Assembly (NCBI RefSeq): GCF_036321535.1
Contig: NC_087436.1
Span: forward strand, 115,322,001-115,386,000
Reading direction: 5' to 3'
Length of the DNA stretch: 64,000 nucleotides
From: Camelus dromedarius
Taxonomy: Eukaryota
How positions within the stretch are numbered: the stretch's first letter is position 1; each line of letters starts with the position of its first letter. The notes under the pieces were generated by a model, which was not told the DNA's origin, searched no databases, and saw nothing but the letters and a program-made list of their open reading frames with translations. The position numbers and the translations under genes were made by a program. This document shows positions 23,676-38,140 of the stretch, in pieces.

Positions 23676-26600
23676 TAGACAAATTATGTTATAAATAATT
23701 TATTAACTTTTCTTATTTTAAAGTATCACTTAAGAATTGCAAATAAATAGACAAAGACCATGTCATAGATTCTTTTGAGGGGTTAAATATGCTTATTTAT
23801 CATTCGATTTTTTTAAACACTTGACAGTAAAACTTACACATTTTGTAGCTCTTTAATTTATTTATAACCTATTGAGCTGTGCTAGGGTGTTCTATGTTCC
23901 TACAGTAATTTTGTTACATATATTATTTCATTTTCACAGAAAACTTGGGGTTAGGTGGCATGAAGCCCAAGGGATAAAGCTGGGCTTTTAACCCAGCTCC
24001 CTGTGTACCCTTAACTTACACCTTTTGCTCTGAGATACTCTGTTAAAGAACGTATCTTAAGCTTTGCATCTATCACAGCACCTTGTACAACGCCTGTGTG
24101 ACAGTAATAATTTCCTATTTATCTAGTGTTCTTACAAGGGCTCATCAATCCATCATCTCTCTTATAAACCTCCTTGTTTTAGTGTTGAATAAGCTAGTTT
24201 CAGACATAGATGAGTGCCTGGCAGGATGTCACAGTGCTTGAAAACAGAAGAGGAGGGCTTCCACCCACGAAACCGAACTCGCACGTCTTCCTGGCAGAAC
24301 ACCCTCTCCTGCTGCGTCGTTCCCTTCTCCCGGCTGCTCATGGGAACACACGGTTCTTACTTAACGCTTTGGAAAGTCTTCCCTGCCTAAATGAAATGTC
24401 CTCTAGTATAAGAGATAGTGATGCAATTCTCGATAATTTAGTAATCCTGCTACAGGTTAGTGAAAAAGAGAAAGAGGACAAGGTGGATCGAATGAGAGGT
24501 CTTGGAAAATTTTCTTTCTTCAGGATGAACTCAGGAGTCCCTCAGTTATTCTATGCCAGGTCCACATGGGCACGTTGACATCTTTGATGTGAAATCAGGA
24601 GCAAGAATTCAGAGCAGGTGTGAGATGTGAGACTTGATTTTACTCTCAAGGACCCCCAAGTAATTTCAGGCTTGTGCTAGATTGCAGCCAATTTGTCACT
24701 CAAAAAAGACAACACAAAAGTGATGCCATTTTCAGATGGACTTGAGTTACATATTTACATAAAGTGGCTTATATTAAAGCTAAGGAAACATCTTGGGGTT
24801 TTGTTATACTGCAGAATTCAATGGCTGATTTCATGGGTAGCAGGATTTAACCTCCTGGCAGAAGAGATAAGACATGTATAAGATGTCAGTATCCTAAACA
24901 GTAAGAATGTGATTCTTTTGTAGCCAGTCTCTAATTCTAACAGGTAAAGGGCTAGACCTGGAAACTGAAGATGACCTGTGATAGGCACTTGATCTAGCCC
25001 CGTTTAGACACGGACGAGCTATGTTCAGTGGGAATGCAGGTATCCAGCACCTTTTAGCTGCAAGTCTCAGTCCAGATCTCATTCGCTATTTAGGTCCAAA
25101 TAGAAGTGTTCCTCTACAAGAACTTTCCCAAGATAGAAGATCTTGAGATTGTGTGAATATGAAAGGTCCCAAGTGATCCTAATATTGCTTAATATTGAGT
25201 TATCAAATGAGAAGCCTGAATTTTGGTCTATAGGGAGTCAAGATTAGCCTTCAAATCCCAAAGGGAAAGTAATCTGCAAAATAGATTTTAAAAAGCAACA
25301 AGTCTATAGGCCAAAAGAATTAAGAGATATGTGGAATACAGAACTAGAAGAAATTGTATGTGTAATTTATTCAAAACTTGCCCTGTCGAAGATAAGAAAG
25401 ACCTATAGTTTTTCTTCCACATGTATATCTACTAGGAATGGGGGTCAAGAAGTTGAAGTGGCTTTTAGATGCATGAGGTATTATGAACAGGGCAGCAAAA
25501 TTTATTTCAGGTCCATATAAATGAGGCTTGAAGATAACAATATGCTTCCTCCTCTGGGGAAGACTAGCTCATAAAATAGAGAGACTAAACCTGCTTCTAG
25601 ATAGACATTTAAAGGGATGCCAGACAGGCAGAGAAAGCAAGGGATGACAGAACCTTGTCAGGGAGTCCAAGAAGATAAAGATGGTTCCTGCACGTAATGA
25701 AGTCCTGAAATTTCTAGCTGTGATGTAAATCGTGTCCAGCTCATGAAAGCCAAGCAAAGAAGAAGACTTTGATTTTCACCTCGGTGATTGTTAGGGAAGT
25801 ATAAAGCAAACATGATCAATTTTTCACCTGTCAGAGTCATGAGGTGTATTTAAACTTTGCCACTAACAAAAGTTTGCAAAGCACTCTTTAATTAGGATTT
25901 TCCCAGCATAGACATGGCTGAGAGGAACTTTGTTTTTTACCCGTACATATGCATTCACTTTTTCTAGCCACTTATTAAGTCAGAAGTACCTCTAATGTTC
26001 TCAGACTCATGGGGACCCCCAAAAGCAGGAAATGAGTTTAAGGACACATATTCCAATTTTGTTTGTTATAATGAGATACTGACAAATCCATTCAGTGTGG
26101 AACACAGCTGTATGTTTTGCTTTTATGATCTATTTAGTTCTTGTTTGACAGTTGACCCGTCTTATCTTGTCCAGAATGCAGTCAGGAGATTGCAGAGTGT
26201 GTGTCGGGGTGTCATGCCTGCATAGCCCCGATGTCTGGACATCATTAAACGGCTGCACTCTTGGCTGATGAGATGTCTACAGGTACCATCATTCCCTCCT
26301 CTTTCCAAGGTGCTACCTGGTTACCATATTTCCATTCTCTATTTCGTTCTTTCAGTTAGCTGTCTCCCGTCTCCCCCCTTCAGATCATTTTCCCTACTAT
26401 ACACACTGCTCGGCCTCATTTTTGCTCTTTCTGCTCCTCCTTAAGTCAGATTCAGACTCAGAGACCCTGTTTTTCTCCACTGGAAAATTGCAATTAGCCT
26501 CACTGTCCTACAACCCTCGGAGCCCCTGCCGAATCCTTGTTCCCTGTTGCTGTACAAAATAAAAATTACCCTAAAAGCTTGTAGCATCCTTTCTGTTTTA

Positions 26601-28894
26601 TAATAAATACTGACCAGAACAGGAATCACAGTCAGTTTTCCCAGACATCGACTACGAGGTATCTGGAAATATACTTGCTGTTTGAAACCTAGACCTCTGA
26701 TTTCTCAGAGGATTGAGCTCTGATCAGAATTTCTAAGGATGAGCTCAGAGGAGTTCCAGTGGGAAGTTCTCCCAAACTTCACCATCTGGCTACAAGTGTT
26801 GTCATCACCTGCGCACGCCCATTGCCTTGACTTTTCCCTAGAGCCTACACCCTGTGATGTACGTGCCAAACCAGAGGGAGTGTGAGCTGTCCAGGGTCCT
26901 CTGGGCACTTGTACTTTGAGTTGCTTTCCTTTCCTATAATGAAGGCAGATGTTCAAAATGTATTCAACATGACTTACATAGAAAGGCCCCTGAGGGAGGA
27001 CAATTTCTGATGTTGTTAAGGAGAATCTAGCAACAGTTTAGGGCTTCTTTAATAGTAGGTCCTTTCTTAGCTCACTCAACTCTCCGGCCCCAGGGAGCCA
27101 TGAACAGAGAACAGAGGGCAGTAGCAGAGCAGAGGGGTCAGGTCTTGAGCTTGTCTTGTTCTCATTAGCAGACCACCTGCTGAGCTTCAAGAATGACTTC
27201 TCACAGAACTATTTAACATGTGTTTTCTCAAACTGACCCCCGGTGTAGGTCCTGCTGCCTAGGAACATACAAGCATTTTAAAAACTTTGCAAGCAACCAG
27301 AGATTCTAGGTCACCTCAACACAAGACCAAATAAACGCAAGATTTGATAAGAGTCAACGTGGCCACCTCAATTTTTAAAGAATCAAAAATTTGAAAAAGG
27401 AAAGAACTAATAGCTTTATTTGATATGAATTCTGGCATAAATAATTTATGTGGCAAAAAAGACTTCTGGTCTATTGAAGTTAGGCAAGAATTAAGAGAAG
27501 GGTGAATCTTTATTTATAAAAAATAATTTAAAGTTAATTGTGGATTATTTTTTGATGACTTCCAAGTTCCAATTAACATGCCATGTGACATATTTGTGTG
27601 TATATGCAGTGATTTTTTTCCATTTGAGATAGAGACAAAGACCTATTATGTGATACTCCTGGTTATCTTGAATAACTATAACCTCAATAGTAGCTCTGTT
27701 TGGTAAAGGAGAGATTTTTCTTCTTCCCGGCTTCTATCCTTGAGTCTTTATTAAATTATTTCTATTGTTGTATCAATACAAGCGTGAATATACCAAACCT
27801 GTGCAATTATGTGACCAATGGTTGAGTTGCTTGTGTGTTTCAACCATGATAATTACTGGGTTTCAACACTGGTAACTTTCTCACATAGAGAAATATTGAT
27901 GTGCATGTGTTGAAATTAATAAATCATTGAGAACATTCATGAACTCAGTTAATGAGAAGAAAACTTCCATGTCAGGGAAGGGCATCTACAAGACTTTTCT
28001 ATAAGTACTTATAACATGCTTTATCTTGCTAACAATCACTGAGAAACAGAAGGGTCCTTGTTTTAATTTTTCTCAATTTTCACAAAGACACTTACTTAGA
28101 GGTATCTAGTCTTCCCTTCCTGCTCATAGATATAGTCATGTTGCTGGTTTGAGGATGTGTGAGAAGACAGAAGGGGTGAGTGAGAGCTTGTTATACTTAC
28201 AGTGTGGATACATGGCATCACACTGAAAAACAAAATTCTTCACTAAATATAGAAGGCATACATATTTTTATGGATATAGCTTAAGAAAAGATCTTCCCAT
28301 CCCTGATGTTTCTAAGTGACTCTAAGGTACATTGTGAAAATACAAAGCTGAATAAAATATACCCCTGCCATGGCATATAGTGAGAATAACTATTTTTTAA
28401 TCAAAAATACATTAAGGCTTTTAATAAATAAGCGATGTCAATAATGCCCATCAGTATTGGATACAACACAAGTATTACCTCTCTTCTTTGGACCATTAGA
28501 CTACGACTTACTATAGCCTATTCATGGATTGGAAGAAATTCACATTGCACTGTGTGTTGATATCGATCTGGTGCTCCAGTGCCGTCCTTGGGATCCCACA
28601 TACGTGCCGTTCTTAAGTATTCCAGATGACATAGATATGCATGAAACTCTCCGAACCTAATGTAGGATTTTATCTTGATTCTCGTGCTCCTTTCTATCTA
28701 AGGAGCAGGCCTGCCAAGTGGCTCTTGAATCTCGTTTCTGTTACTTCCTTATCATTTAAAATCTTTTGTCAAGCCGCAATTTGAAATCATGCTTTCTTTG
28801 GCTTTTTCAGAAGCATCAGCGAAAAAGTTGAATGAAACAGATAAGATTCCAAAAAAATCTACACGATAATCTCTATGGCCTCCCTCTTAGTAAC

Positions 28895-29550
28895 CTTCAT
28901 TCATTCATCCATTGATTCGCTCATTTGCCATTTACTGGTAAACAACCAGGTCTTTTTGCTAGCTGCTTTTATACAGAGATGAGTGAGACTTAATTGCCAC
29001 CTCAGGGAGCTCATAAGCTACTTGGGGAGAAGTACATTTCAGTCAGCAACAGCAGAGAGGGTTACTGCAGATGCTATGATGGTAGTATACAGAATAAACA
29101 AGGAAAGAAAGGTAAGAGGAGTCACTTCTAGCTGACAGTCTTAGGTCAGAGGTAAATAGGAGAGTCTTGAGCTGAGTTTTGAAAGAGGAACATAGAAAGT
29201 GAGAGTGATGTTAGGGTGAATGATGAGGAAGATAGACAATCACAGGGATCTAAATGTGTGGTCAGAAAGCATGAACTACTGTGGAGTTCTCAGGAAACGG
29301 GCACGGTTTGGTATGGCTGGGGTGTGGTATCCAGAAGAGCATGGTGCCATGGAAAGCGAGACTGGAAATAGCAGGTGGGAGTCAAGCTAGAGAGGAGGGT
29401 CTGGTGGGCCTTGCCTGCTGTTTGGATTGTAATCTGTAGGCACCAAAGAAGTGCCAAGGGGCTTCAAGGAGGAGAGCATCACATAACTGAATCTTGGAGA
29501 AGGAGTCATGATTCACCAGATTTGGAGGGAGACAGAAAAATAAGAAAAAT
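28895..29550 (-). mobile_element. L2 LINE fragment
   Basis: The antisense L2 tail ttcattcattcatccatt is followed by the typical purine-rich L2 body. Confidence 0.75.
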
Positions 29551-29939
29551 GGATCCAATATTCAGTATCAGACAGTGAGTCTCAAAGGGCTACAAAAACA
29601 CTTGATATCATCCCCCAATGCATATTTTCTCATAAGGCCAGGACCGGTTCTGTCAAAAACATCTTGAAATTTAAGTGAGTCTCTTGACTCACTTTCTTCC
29701 AATGACAGTCAGAAAGGAATGAGACTCGGTTTACAGGTTGTGCTTGCTGAGTTGTCAAGATTATGTCTGTTGATCTCATTTTATTTTTTTGTATAATCAC
29801 AAAAACAATGATAATAATTGTCACTTCTGATTGACTGACTACTAGGTACCAACCACCTCATAGTCATTGTTTCAGTTTATATAACAATCTATGAGGAAAA
29901 TTAAAATATTGTAGGATATTAATTTAATGGACTCTTCTA

Positions 29940-30200
29940 CAGCTGTGAAAATGAACTAACTACAACCATGTGAAAACCATGGACAGCGCTCATAAATATA
30001 ACCTGGAAGGAAAGAAAACAGATACAAAAGAATATCTGCTGTGCAATTCCGTCTATAAACAGCACAAAGTAAAGCCCATCTATGGTGACAGAGAAATAGG
30101 ATAGTGAGTACTTCGGGTACCTGATTGGCTGGGTAGTGGTACAGAATTGTGTTTTGTTTTTGCTGCACACTTTTGATGTGAGAACTTTGCTGGTCAAAAA
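29940..30200 (+). mobile_element. L1ME-type 3' UTR fragment
   Basis: aaaatgaactaactaca...catggac...aaagaaaacagatacaaaagaat...gacagagaaataggatagtg. Confidence 0.65.
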
Positions 30201-30239
30201 TTTTTAGACAATCGCTGTCACTAACTTGTGGAGAATGGG

Positions 30240-31110
30240 TTATTGTAGGGCGAATTTGGAATGAAAAAACTACTGAGCAAGTCATTGCAGTCACACGGGC
30301 AAGAGAGAATGGTGGTAGGAGCTAAGGGTCAAAGAAGTGAAAACTGAGAGAAATGCTAATAATTGGACATAATTTGATGCTAAACTACAAGACTTTAGAG
30401 TTAGATATTGGAGGATGATGGGAAGAAGACAATCAAGGATGACTGATTGGTTTTTACCTTAAAAATCTAAGTGAGTGGTGGAACCATTTATTGGTTGGGC
30501 AATACTGTTTTTTAAAAAATGGCTTCATACTACATGGGAAGGTTTTGACTGTAAGAGTTAGATTTTGGACATTTTAAATGTCAAATATCCAAGTGAAGAT
30601 GTCAAGAAGACAGTTGAATATAGAGAAAAAGAGGTATGATGGGGAAATTGAGAATTATCTGCTCAGAGAAGGAATCAAGCCACAAGACTCAATGAGATTG
30701 ACGAAAGAGAGCATGTGGAGAAGGAAGAGAACTCAGGGTAAGTTTTCTTTTAGTATAAGTATGTCCCAAATAGTTCATGAGACATACTCATTCTAAAAAA
30801 AAATGTTTTATTTTGTTTTCTTTTAAACCTATAACTCAAATTTCCATAATATACAAAATTTAATAATTCCAATTATGTTCTAAATCTAGCAATCTTAACC
30901 CCAAATGAAGTTCTGGAGTGCACTGACATATAGACATTCAGCTGAATAAGACTAAGGTGCAAAGGAGACAGAGAAGAATCCATCACTAAAGTAGATAAAA
31001 CCAGAAACTTGTGATATTTTGAAAGCCAAGAGAAAAAATCAAAAAAAGAACTTAATTCCCAAAGCATCACTGACATTGAGGGTCTTAGACCAGAACCAAA
31101 TTGATTTCCT
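30240..31110 (-). mobile_element. L2 LINE fragment
   Basis: aatcaaggatgact...gagttagattttggacattttaaatg...atatccaagtgaagatgtcaag. Confidence 0.75.
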
Positions 31111-33534
31111 GTTCAGTTTATCTAAGTAAGTGTATGCATTTATTATTCCATCACTCTCTCTTATTGCTATCTTGGCTACCTTGTATTTGACAGTAAGACC
31201 TTAGATTCGTTTGATAAGAAGAAAACAAGGATTATTTTTATTAACACTAAAGGGAAAAGCCCCAGTCCTCATTTTTTCCAGTATAAGCAGTAACAGGCTA
31301 GGAAGGAAGTTCTGGGAGATCTGGTTCAATGTGCAGGTACATTATGTTCCAGGTGTTTGACTTTGGGAAATCTACTCATGTCTCTGAAGCTCAATTTTTT
31401 TCTTCTTCTGCAAATATAATAATACTAACATGTGTATATGTGTGTGTGAATATATAGAGATTATTTCTGTTAAAGGGTTGACATTTGGTAACTTTTTATC
31501 AGCATAATAGATAAATTCAAAATATCTTTTTAACCTGGTGGATCTTTGAGTATATGTTCATCTTAGCACGTGCAAAGCAGCACTTCCTAGAGTTTCAGCA
31601 AGTGCCTTGTACAGAGGTGGCTCCACCTGGACCCAGGGGGCTGCTGGGTCCCGTGACCTTAGCTTCTGCATATTGGGACAGGGCACATGGGCGGTGAGCG
31701 GAGCAGGGGCTGCCCACTCCTGGACTTTTACTTCTCAGCCTCATGAGCTCAGGGTTCCCCTGGCTTTGTCTTAGGCACCGTCAGTGACTCACAGTGCATC
31801 CTAGGGTAAGTACTCTGAAGTCCCAAATTAGAAGTGCCTCCGCAGCGGAATGTCGTCTCTGACGCCAGCACATCTGGCATTGGAAGCGTATGGATCCGTC
31901 TTTAATCAACCACATAGCACAGCGCTTCAGGCACGTGTCCAGGGATTCAGCACTAGATGACTCTAATCAGGCAATGCCAAAAGGCTGCCTGGCTCATCAT
32001 TTTTAGAACAGTGCACCTCAAACTAGCTGTGGTGAACGGCCACTGGAAGAAAATTCTTCAATCTCCAGTCCCAAGGTGCATAACCCTTAGACGGCTAATA
32101 CCATAAGTGAGCTTCATGCCCGCTTCACTATAAGCAAGTCTGTTGGTCATTGCATGTCTTACTGGTCCAGGCTGGTGGTCCTGATAATGCTAAATTGTTA
32201 TTGCTGTTTGTCTAGACTTCTCATTTCCTGTGCTTTAACTCGTGGTGGACAGATACTTGTCTGTGAACCATACTCTCAGTAACCCTGTCATTTAAACTCA
32301 AATCTGTACTCACCTGCTTAGAAATGTCCATTGGCTCTCTTTCCCTAATAGGTTTAAAAGATGTTTTAAAATTCTCAGCGAGGTTGTATCACATAGCATT
32401 TATTTAATTCGCCATTTATAGCCCCTTATTGGCATTTTGATTGGTATTTTTCTGCTCATGTGACTGTCTACTGGCTAAACTTTGTGCTCCTGGAAGGTAG
32501 TCACACAGTCATAAATGCGTATCCCCAGCAACTAGCATGCTGGATGAGTCAGAAGACCTCAGTAAGCTCATTTGGACATAATATATATTTAATAAGAACC
32601 CACCATGGGGCAAGACCATTCTAGACACTAAAAATGTAATGATTGGCAAAACTAACAAAAATCCCACCTCTCTTGGAACTTTAATATCCTTGGAGGAGAC
32701 AAGACAATAAATGAGATTAAAAAAGTAAAATAAGTATTTGGTTATTAAGATTAATTTCTAAGGAAAAAACAGTAAAGCAGGAAGCAAAGTTTTTGCAATT
32801 GTGTAAATGTTTTCCACATGAACGAAAGTAGAGGCGAGTCAAAACTGCCTCCTCACCTGATTCAAATAATATCTTCCTAGTCTCATCTCTCACCTCTAGG
32901 GCCACACAGAATCCGAGTCCTTTCTTGAATCAGTTATTTCTCTCTGGAAAGCTTTATCCTGTTTCTACCTAGGAAATGCCAGCTTACCATTTAAGACCCA
33001 GGCCAAGCTTTATATCAGAACCATCCCTGACACCCCCAGAGGGTGACAGATCGTGACTCTCAAGGATTTCCCGACAGAGCTGTAGCTCAGGTACGACCCC
33101 ATTGCCTTTTGATTATTTGCTTGTGACAATCTGTCGGCGAGACTCTGCAAGGGCTGGGAGGCAAAGGCTTTGTTTTTCTTCCCCCCTCAACTCCCAGCGG
33201 CCAGCATAGGGTCTAGGATATCAGGGAAGCTCGATAAACATCTGTTGAAAGCAATTCAAAGGAAAATGAGTTGAGAGAAACTATCTAAGGGATGTAGGAA
33301 CTTCCTGGTTCTTGGTTTGGTGAGTTTTGTCCTTGTCAGAAAATAACACACTTGGACTTTATTAGCTTAAACACTTACACTCATGTTTCCCTGAATATAA
33401 TATTACATTTTTGGAATGTATAATGGTGAGAGAAATATATTTTTTAAAACTATTTCCATATCCTTACCATATCTGTCTCCTCAAATTATACATTTAGAGA
33501 TGCAGGTGATGATATTTACCTGGAGTTCAGGTAA

Positions 33535-33539
<5 letters not shown>

Positions 33540-33565
<26 letters not shown>

Positions 33566-33620
33566 TATATATATATATATATATATAATTATAAATATAG
33601 TAATAAATATATATATGCAT
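33540..33620. repeat. (TA)n microsatellite
   Basis: Directly visible. Confidence 0.9.
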
Positions 33621-33698
33621 GTAAATGTACTCTGAATTGATGTTTAAAGTGTTGATTCTGTAACAGTAAGTGTGCCATATGTTTTCCTATGTGATTTC

Positions 33699-33803
33699 AT
33701 TTATTTATTTATTTATTTATTTAATTTTTTAAATACACTGGGGATTGTAGCCAGGACCTCATGCATGCTAAGCATGTGCTCTACCACTGAGCTGTATCCT
33801 TCC
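33699..33803 (-). mobile_element. tRNA-derived SINE, camelid Vic-1-like (short form)
   Basis: The reverse complement reads ggaaggatacagctcagtggtagagcacatgcttagcatgcatgaggtcctggctacaatcccc with a (TAAA)n tail. TSD atgtga(t/c)ttc at 33689-33698 and 33805-33814. Confidence 0.9.
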
Positions 33804-34579
33804 AATGTGACTTCCTTCACGTTCTTAAATTAAAATTCAATTCATTTAAAAATTAAAATTCAGATGAGTAAAATGTGCAGAGGGAGGAGCAGAGTTTTCT
33901 CTGAACCACGTGTAGGGACATCATTTATTCAGCACTTGTTAAGTGTTGGTCACTGTGCTGAACTCCTCCTCTGATGTGTTAGCCTGTTTGGTTTGTCGAT
34001 GGCCTAACTGAACCCTTGGGCAGTTGAGGGTTAGAGAGTCCACAGTGTCATAGCCCAAGAACTCTCATTCAAAACTTTGATCTGCCGTGGACAGTCTCAG
34101 AGCCCACAGGTATATCCAGTATTCTGGTCTGCCTTACATTCAGGTAACATGTGTGAAACTGTGTTTGGAGTCATCATTTGATCCAGAGCCCAAACTCGGT
34201 GTCATATACTGTGGAGTATCCTCTAGTGGTTCTTGTGGGCAACTAGAACTAGCCACAGTAACGCTAATTGTTACCTGTCTTATTTTTTAAAATATATTAT
34301 TGGTGTATGACATTCATACTTAAAACTATGTATATACTCAATAACTGTACAACCTGACTCACTTCACAAAATTGAACACACTTGTGTTGAATTAATACAG
34401 CATTTCAAGAACGTACCCCAGAAGCTTCCTTGGTTTTCTAGTGACCATCTTTTACCCTTATTAAGGGCCACCCACATTCTGACTTCCAGCAGAACAGATG
34501 TGTTTATCCTATTTTTCTAGATGCATAAATATAATCATTTTGTATGACTAATCTTATTTACCAAGATATTGTCATACAG

Positions 34580-34965
34580 CTGACCCCCTTTGAGCATGGC
34601 TGCCTACGCTGACATTCTGGGATATGGTTCAGTGCAGTCAGAGGAGCACCAGGCTAAAAGGCAGAGACCTCACAGTGCTGGACAGTCTGTTGCCAACTTG
34701 ATGTCACAGAAGAGAAGCTGCAGGCTTCATGGGTCTACTAGTGCTTTTTCCAAGTTCTTGAGAGTCTCAGCGGTTTCCAGGTGCAACTGTGAGAAAGCAC
34801 CCGACCTTTGGTGCAACAGGCTGAGATGTCAGTGATGGATCCCCTGACCTCTGCTCCTTCAGCCCCAACAGCTGTGTGCGAGCCTCTAGCTTCCTGCATT
34901 AATTGCCTTGCATACTTGGAACACATAGACTGGCATCTGCTTCCAGGACCAAACCCTGATGGCCT
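34580..34965 (+). mobile_element. Old MaLR LTR (MLT1-like)
   Basis: The 3' end ttcctgcattaattgcc...tctgcttccaggaccaaaccctga resembles MLT1 termini. Confidence 0.5.
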
Positions 34966-36158
34966 TATCATATTATTGGAATTGTATCATTCATTAAGCT
35001 TATGATTACACATTTCACCTATTTTCACTTGTTTCCTAAGCTCTGAATTGAGACTGTTGAATAGACAGTCTCTAAGATCAATCCTAATTCTAGTATCACC
35101 AAACCTGTGATGATACCAAACTGTGTTCAGAGTAGGGTGCCAGATAGCATAGCAGCAGAGAGCAGTGGGGACCTTGGCTTCAGACTCCCTGCGTTCACGC
35201 CCCTGCTCAATCCTTGAATAAGTTGTATGACCTTGAAACAAGTTTCTCTAATTCATAGAGGCCATTGTATTCATCTGCAAAAGGGCCATAAGTACTTACT
35301 ACTTATAACCATGGTGAATAATTTCAGTTACTGATATTTGGCAAACATCCAATACCTGTAATACCTTCTATTCTGTTTACTCTATTCTAGAAGGCTAAGA
35401 AGATACATGGTACATATAAGAAAAAATATAGCAGTTCAAAGGCAAAAAAAATACAAATTTGCAATTAAAAAGTATTTTCAGTTATCTGAAAACTTTAACT
35501 CATATGGAAGGTTTTGTCCTTCATGAGGTTGGAGGGATAGGTGAAATGAACTATATTTAATCAAAATTATGGTTTATGTCATATTATTCAGAACAGATTC
35601 CTTGTCTCGGTTAATGTAATTAGCTGACACAGGGTCATTTTGGTCATCTTGAATTTGTGTTATAAAGAACCTTAAGAAGGCAAAATTGGAGACATCCTAG
35701 AAAGCAGTGTTAGGACTTCCAGCCTATATGCACACCCAGTGCAGTTTTCATCATCTGTGTCAGAAAGTATGGAGCACTCTTCTGGCTTCTGTACAAGATA
35801 ACAGAATTAACAAGGTCACAGAAATATTCCTACTCTGATCGTAGAGATGAAAATTAAATATCAACACAAGGATTTCCATGCTGTACAAATTCCTTCTCTG
35901 CCTAAAATTACGTTTAACACAATGCCAGAAAAACACACACACACACACACAAAAGATGATAGTATTAAATGGAAATCTGTGCTATTTTGGTAAAAACTAT
36001 TATTACTTTATTATTTTTCTGTTGTTTTCATATTTTCCTTGTTCTAAAATAATATAAACTTTTAATTCAAGTGATTCTAGCTTTATGTCCATGAGGAAGC
36101 CACTTAACTTCTCTAAGCATTAGAAAATCATTTTAAAAGAGGGGGAAATACTACCTGC

Positions 36159-36525
36159 TGTATTCGTCAGAAAAGACTGACCCCAACATCTTAATGACTC
36201 ATGATGACAAATGTGTATTTCTTGCTCACTTTGTACTTTGATCACAGGACATGTAGTGATGGAGTTTCTCAGAGTCCTTGGCTGATGAAACAGCTACTGT
36301 CCTGAGTATGTCTAGTCATTTTCCAGAAGATCAGATTCCTGAATGCAGGGAAACATGGCAGGGCTCAAAAATGACACGTGTTACTTCTCTTCTTGTTTCA
36401 CTGACCACAAACTAATCATAGGTGCTCATCAAATTTCAAGTGAACAAGGGAATGCAAGACTGCATGTGCCCAGAAGGAAAGAGAAAGAGCTAGCATATCT
36501 GTGAGCAGCCCTCTTGACTGTCACC
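36159..36525 (-). mobile_element. MaLR LTR (MLT1J/K-like) nested in a MIR
   Basis: Antisense MLT1 body with a 5-bp TSD cctgc at 36154-36158 and 36526-36530. MIR halves lie on both sides. Confidence 0.8.
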
Positions 36526-36733
36526 CCTGCCCCATCATTGTCACAGGACTTCATGAGGATTAAGGGAAACAGCCATATGAAAAGATTTTACATGTTATAA
36601 AGTACCACAGAAACATAAGATACAGTAACAACATAATAAATATAATTATTGAAAAATTGGAACACAGAATATAGGACTCCAGATTACATTTCACTTACTG
36701 AGGGCTTGAAATATTTAGGGCTGAAAAATGTTA

Positions 36734-36941
36734 ATAATGATATTTGCAGATACTAACTATTATGCATAAAGCAGATAAACAAGATCCTACTGTATAGCAT
36801 TAAGAACTATATTCAATACCTTGAAATAGACTATAATGAAAAAGGATATGAAAAGGAATATATATATATGTATAAATGAGTCACTATGCTGTACACCAGA
36901 AATTAACACAACATTGTAAATTGACTATACTTCAATAAAAA
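36734..36941 (+). mobile_element. 5'-truncated artiodactyl-type L1 3' end
   Basis: ctactgtatagca...aactatattcaatacc...tcactatgctgtacaccagaaattaacacaacattgtaaattgactatacttcaataaaaaa. TSD aaaaatgtta on both sides. Confidence 0.88.
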
Positions 36942-37909
36942 AAAAATGTTAGGAACCAAGCACCTTATGTACATGTGGTCCTATATTTTTATCTTGAGAC
37001 AGATAAGCTTTCTTTTCCATTTTGTGCACTTAATAGCAACTCATGTTCATATTCCCATCCCTCAGATTAATTAGGACCTACAGTTACGACTGCATTTTCC
37101 TATCAGTGGTTCTATCATGAGAGCTGCATAATGTTGATTACAACAGCTGGCATTTTATCATTTGTTTCACTTAGCAATTTTTACTTTCTAATTGTATACA
37201 TTTTCTCACATATGTCAATATAACGCTCACATAGAAAATGAGGAATACTGAACAACAGTTAAGACTCTATAATAGTTGATTTTCCTGAGGTTACAGATGA
37301 TATGAGACGCTGAGCAAATTAGAAAGTCATTTGAATTTCACTTCTTCAGACAAATAGCAGGAAAGTGTGCTGTTATTACACAGATATGGTATCCATACTG
37401 AAAGTCCCAAATTATGAAGTAGATGGTCCAAAAAGTCTAAGAGTTAGGAGAGAGAGAGAGAGAGAGAGCACATTCTTTGGAATTCTCTGGTTGTAACGTA
37501 CAGTCTCGTGTAGCCTGCTGGTATTTCATTTTTCTGATGTCTGCTTCTTCCATTAACCACTTTTGTACTTTTTTGAGTTAGCCTGAGTAGGTTTCTCTAC
37601 TTCTCATTTGTGTTTTCTTTTTGTAAATGACCACAATTTTTAGGCAATCCTTATAAGGGTTAACTATTTTTTCTGTTACAACTTTGTGACATGTTCCTCT
37701 TTCTGATTCTCAACTTATCTCATAAATACATGCAAGTAGTCCAAATCTTATAATTTACTGGACATCACCTTAAGTCAATCAACAAACATGTATTGGACAC
37801 CTACTCCATGCGTACACTGCCTAGTCCCTGAGAAGAATATAAGGGCAAATGAGCATCCTTTGGTCTTTTGGATGAATCAAGTGTATAATGGGGTTAGTTA
37901 TAGTATTAA

Positions 37910-38140
37910 AGGCAGTTACTATTTTCAAGAACCTACTATGTATTCTAAATGTTTAATATTAAACAGCTTTGCTCTCTGTATTTCAATTAACCCTCACAAT
38001 GACTAATAAGAATATCATTATTCTTTTATTTTTTTTTAATGTGTGAGGTTGCCAGTGTTTGAATTACTTAAGAAATTTGCCCCAAGCTACATAATATTAC
38101 TTGACAGAGCCTGGGAACCAGTTCTGATTCCAGATTCTAA
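37910..38140 (-). mobile_element. MIR SINE
   Basis: atttcaattaaccctcacaat...aatttgccccaagctacac...gacagagcctggga. Confidence 0.7.
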
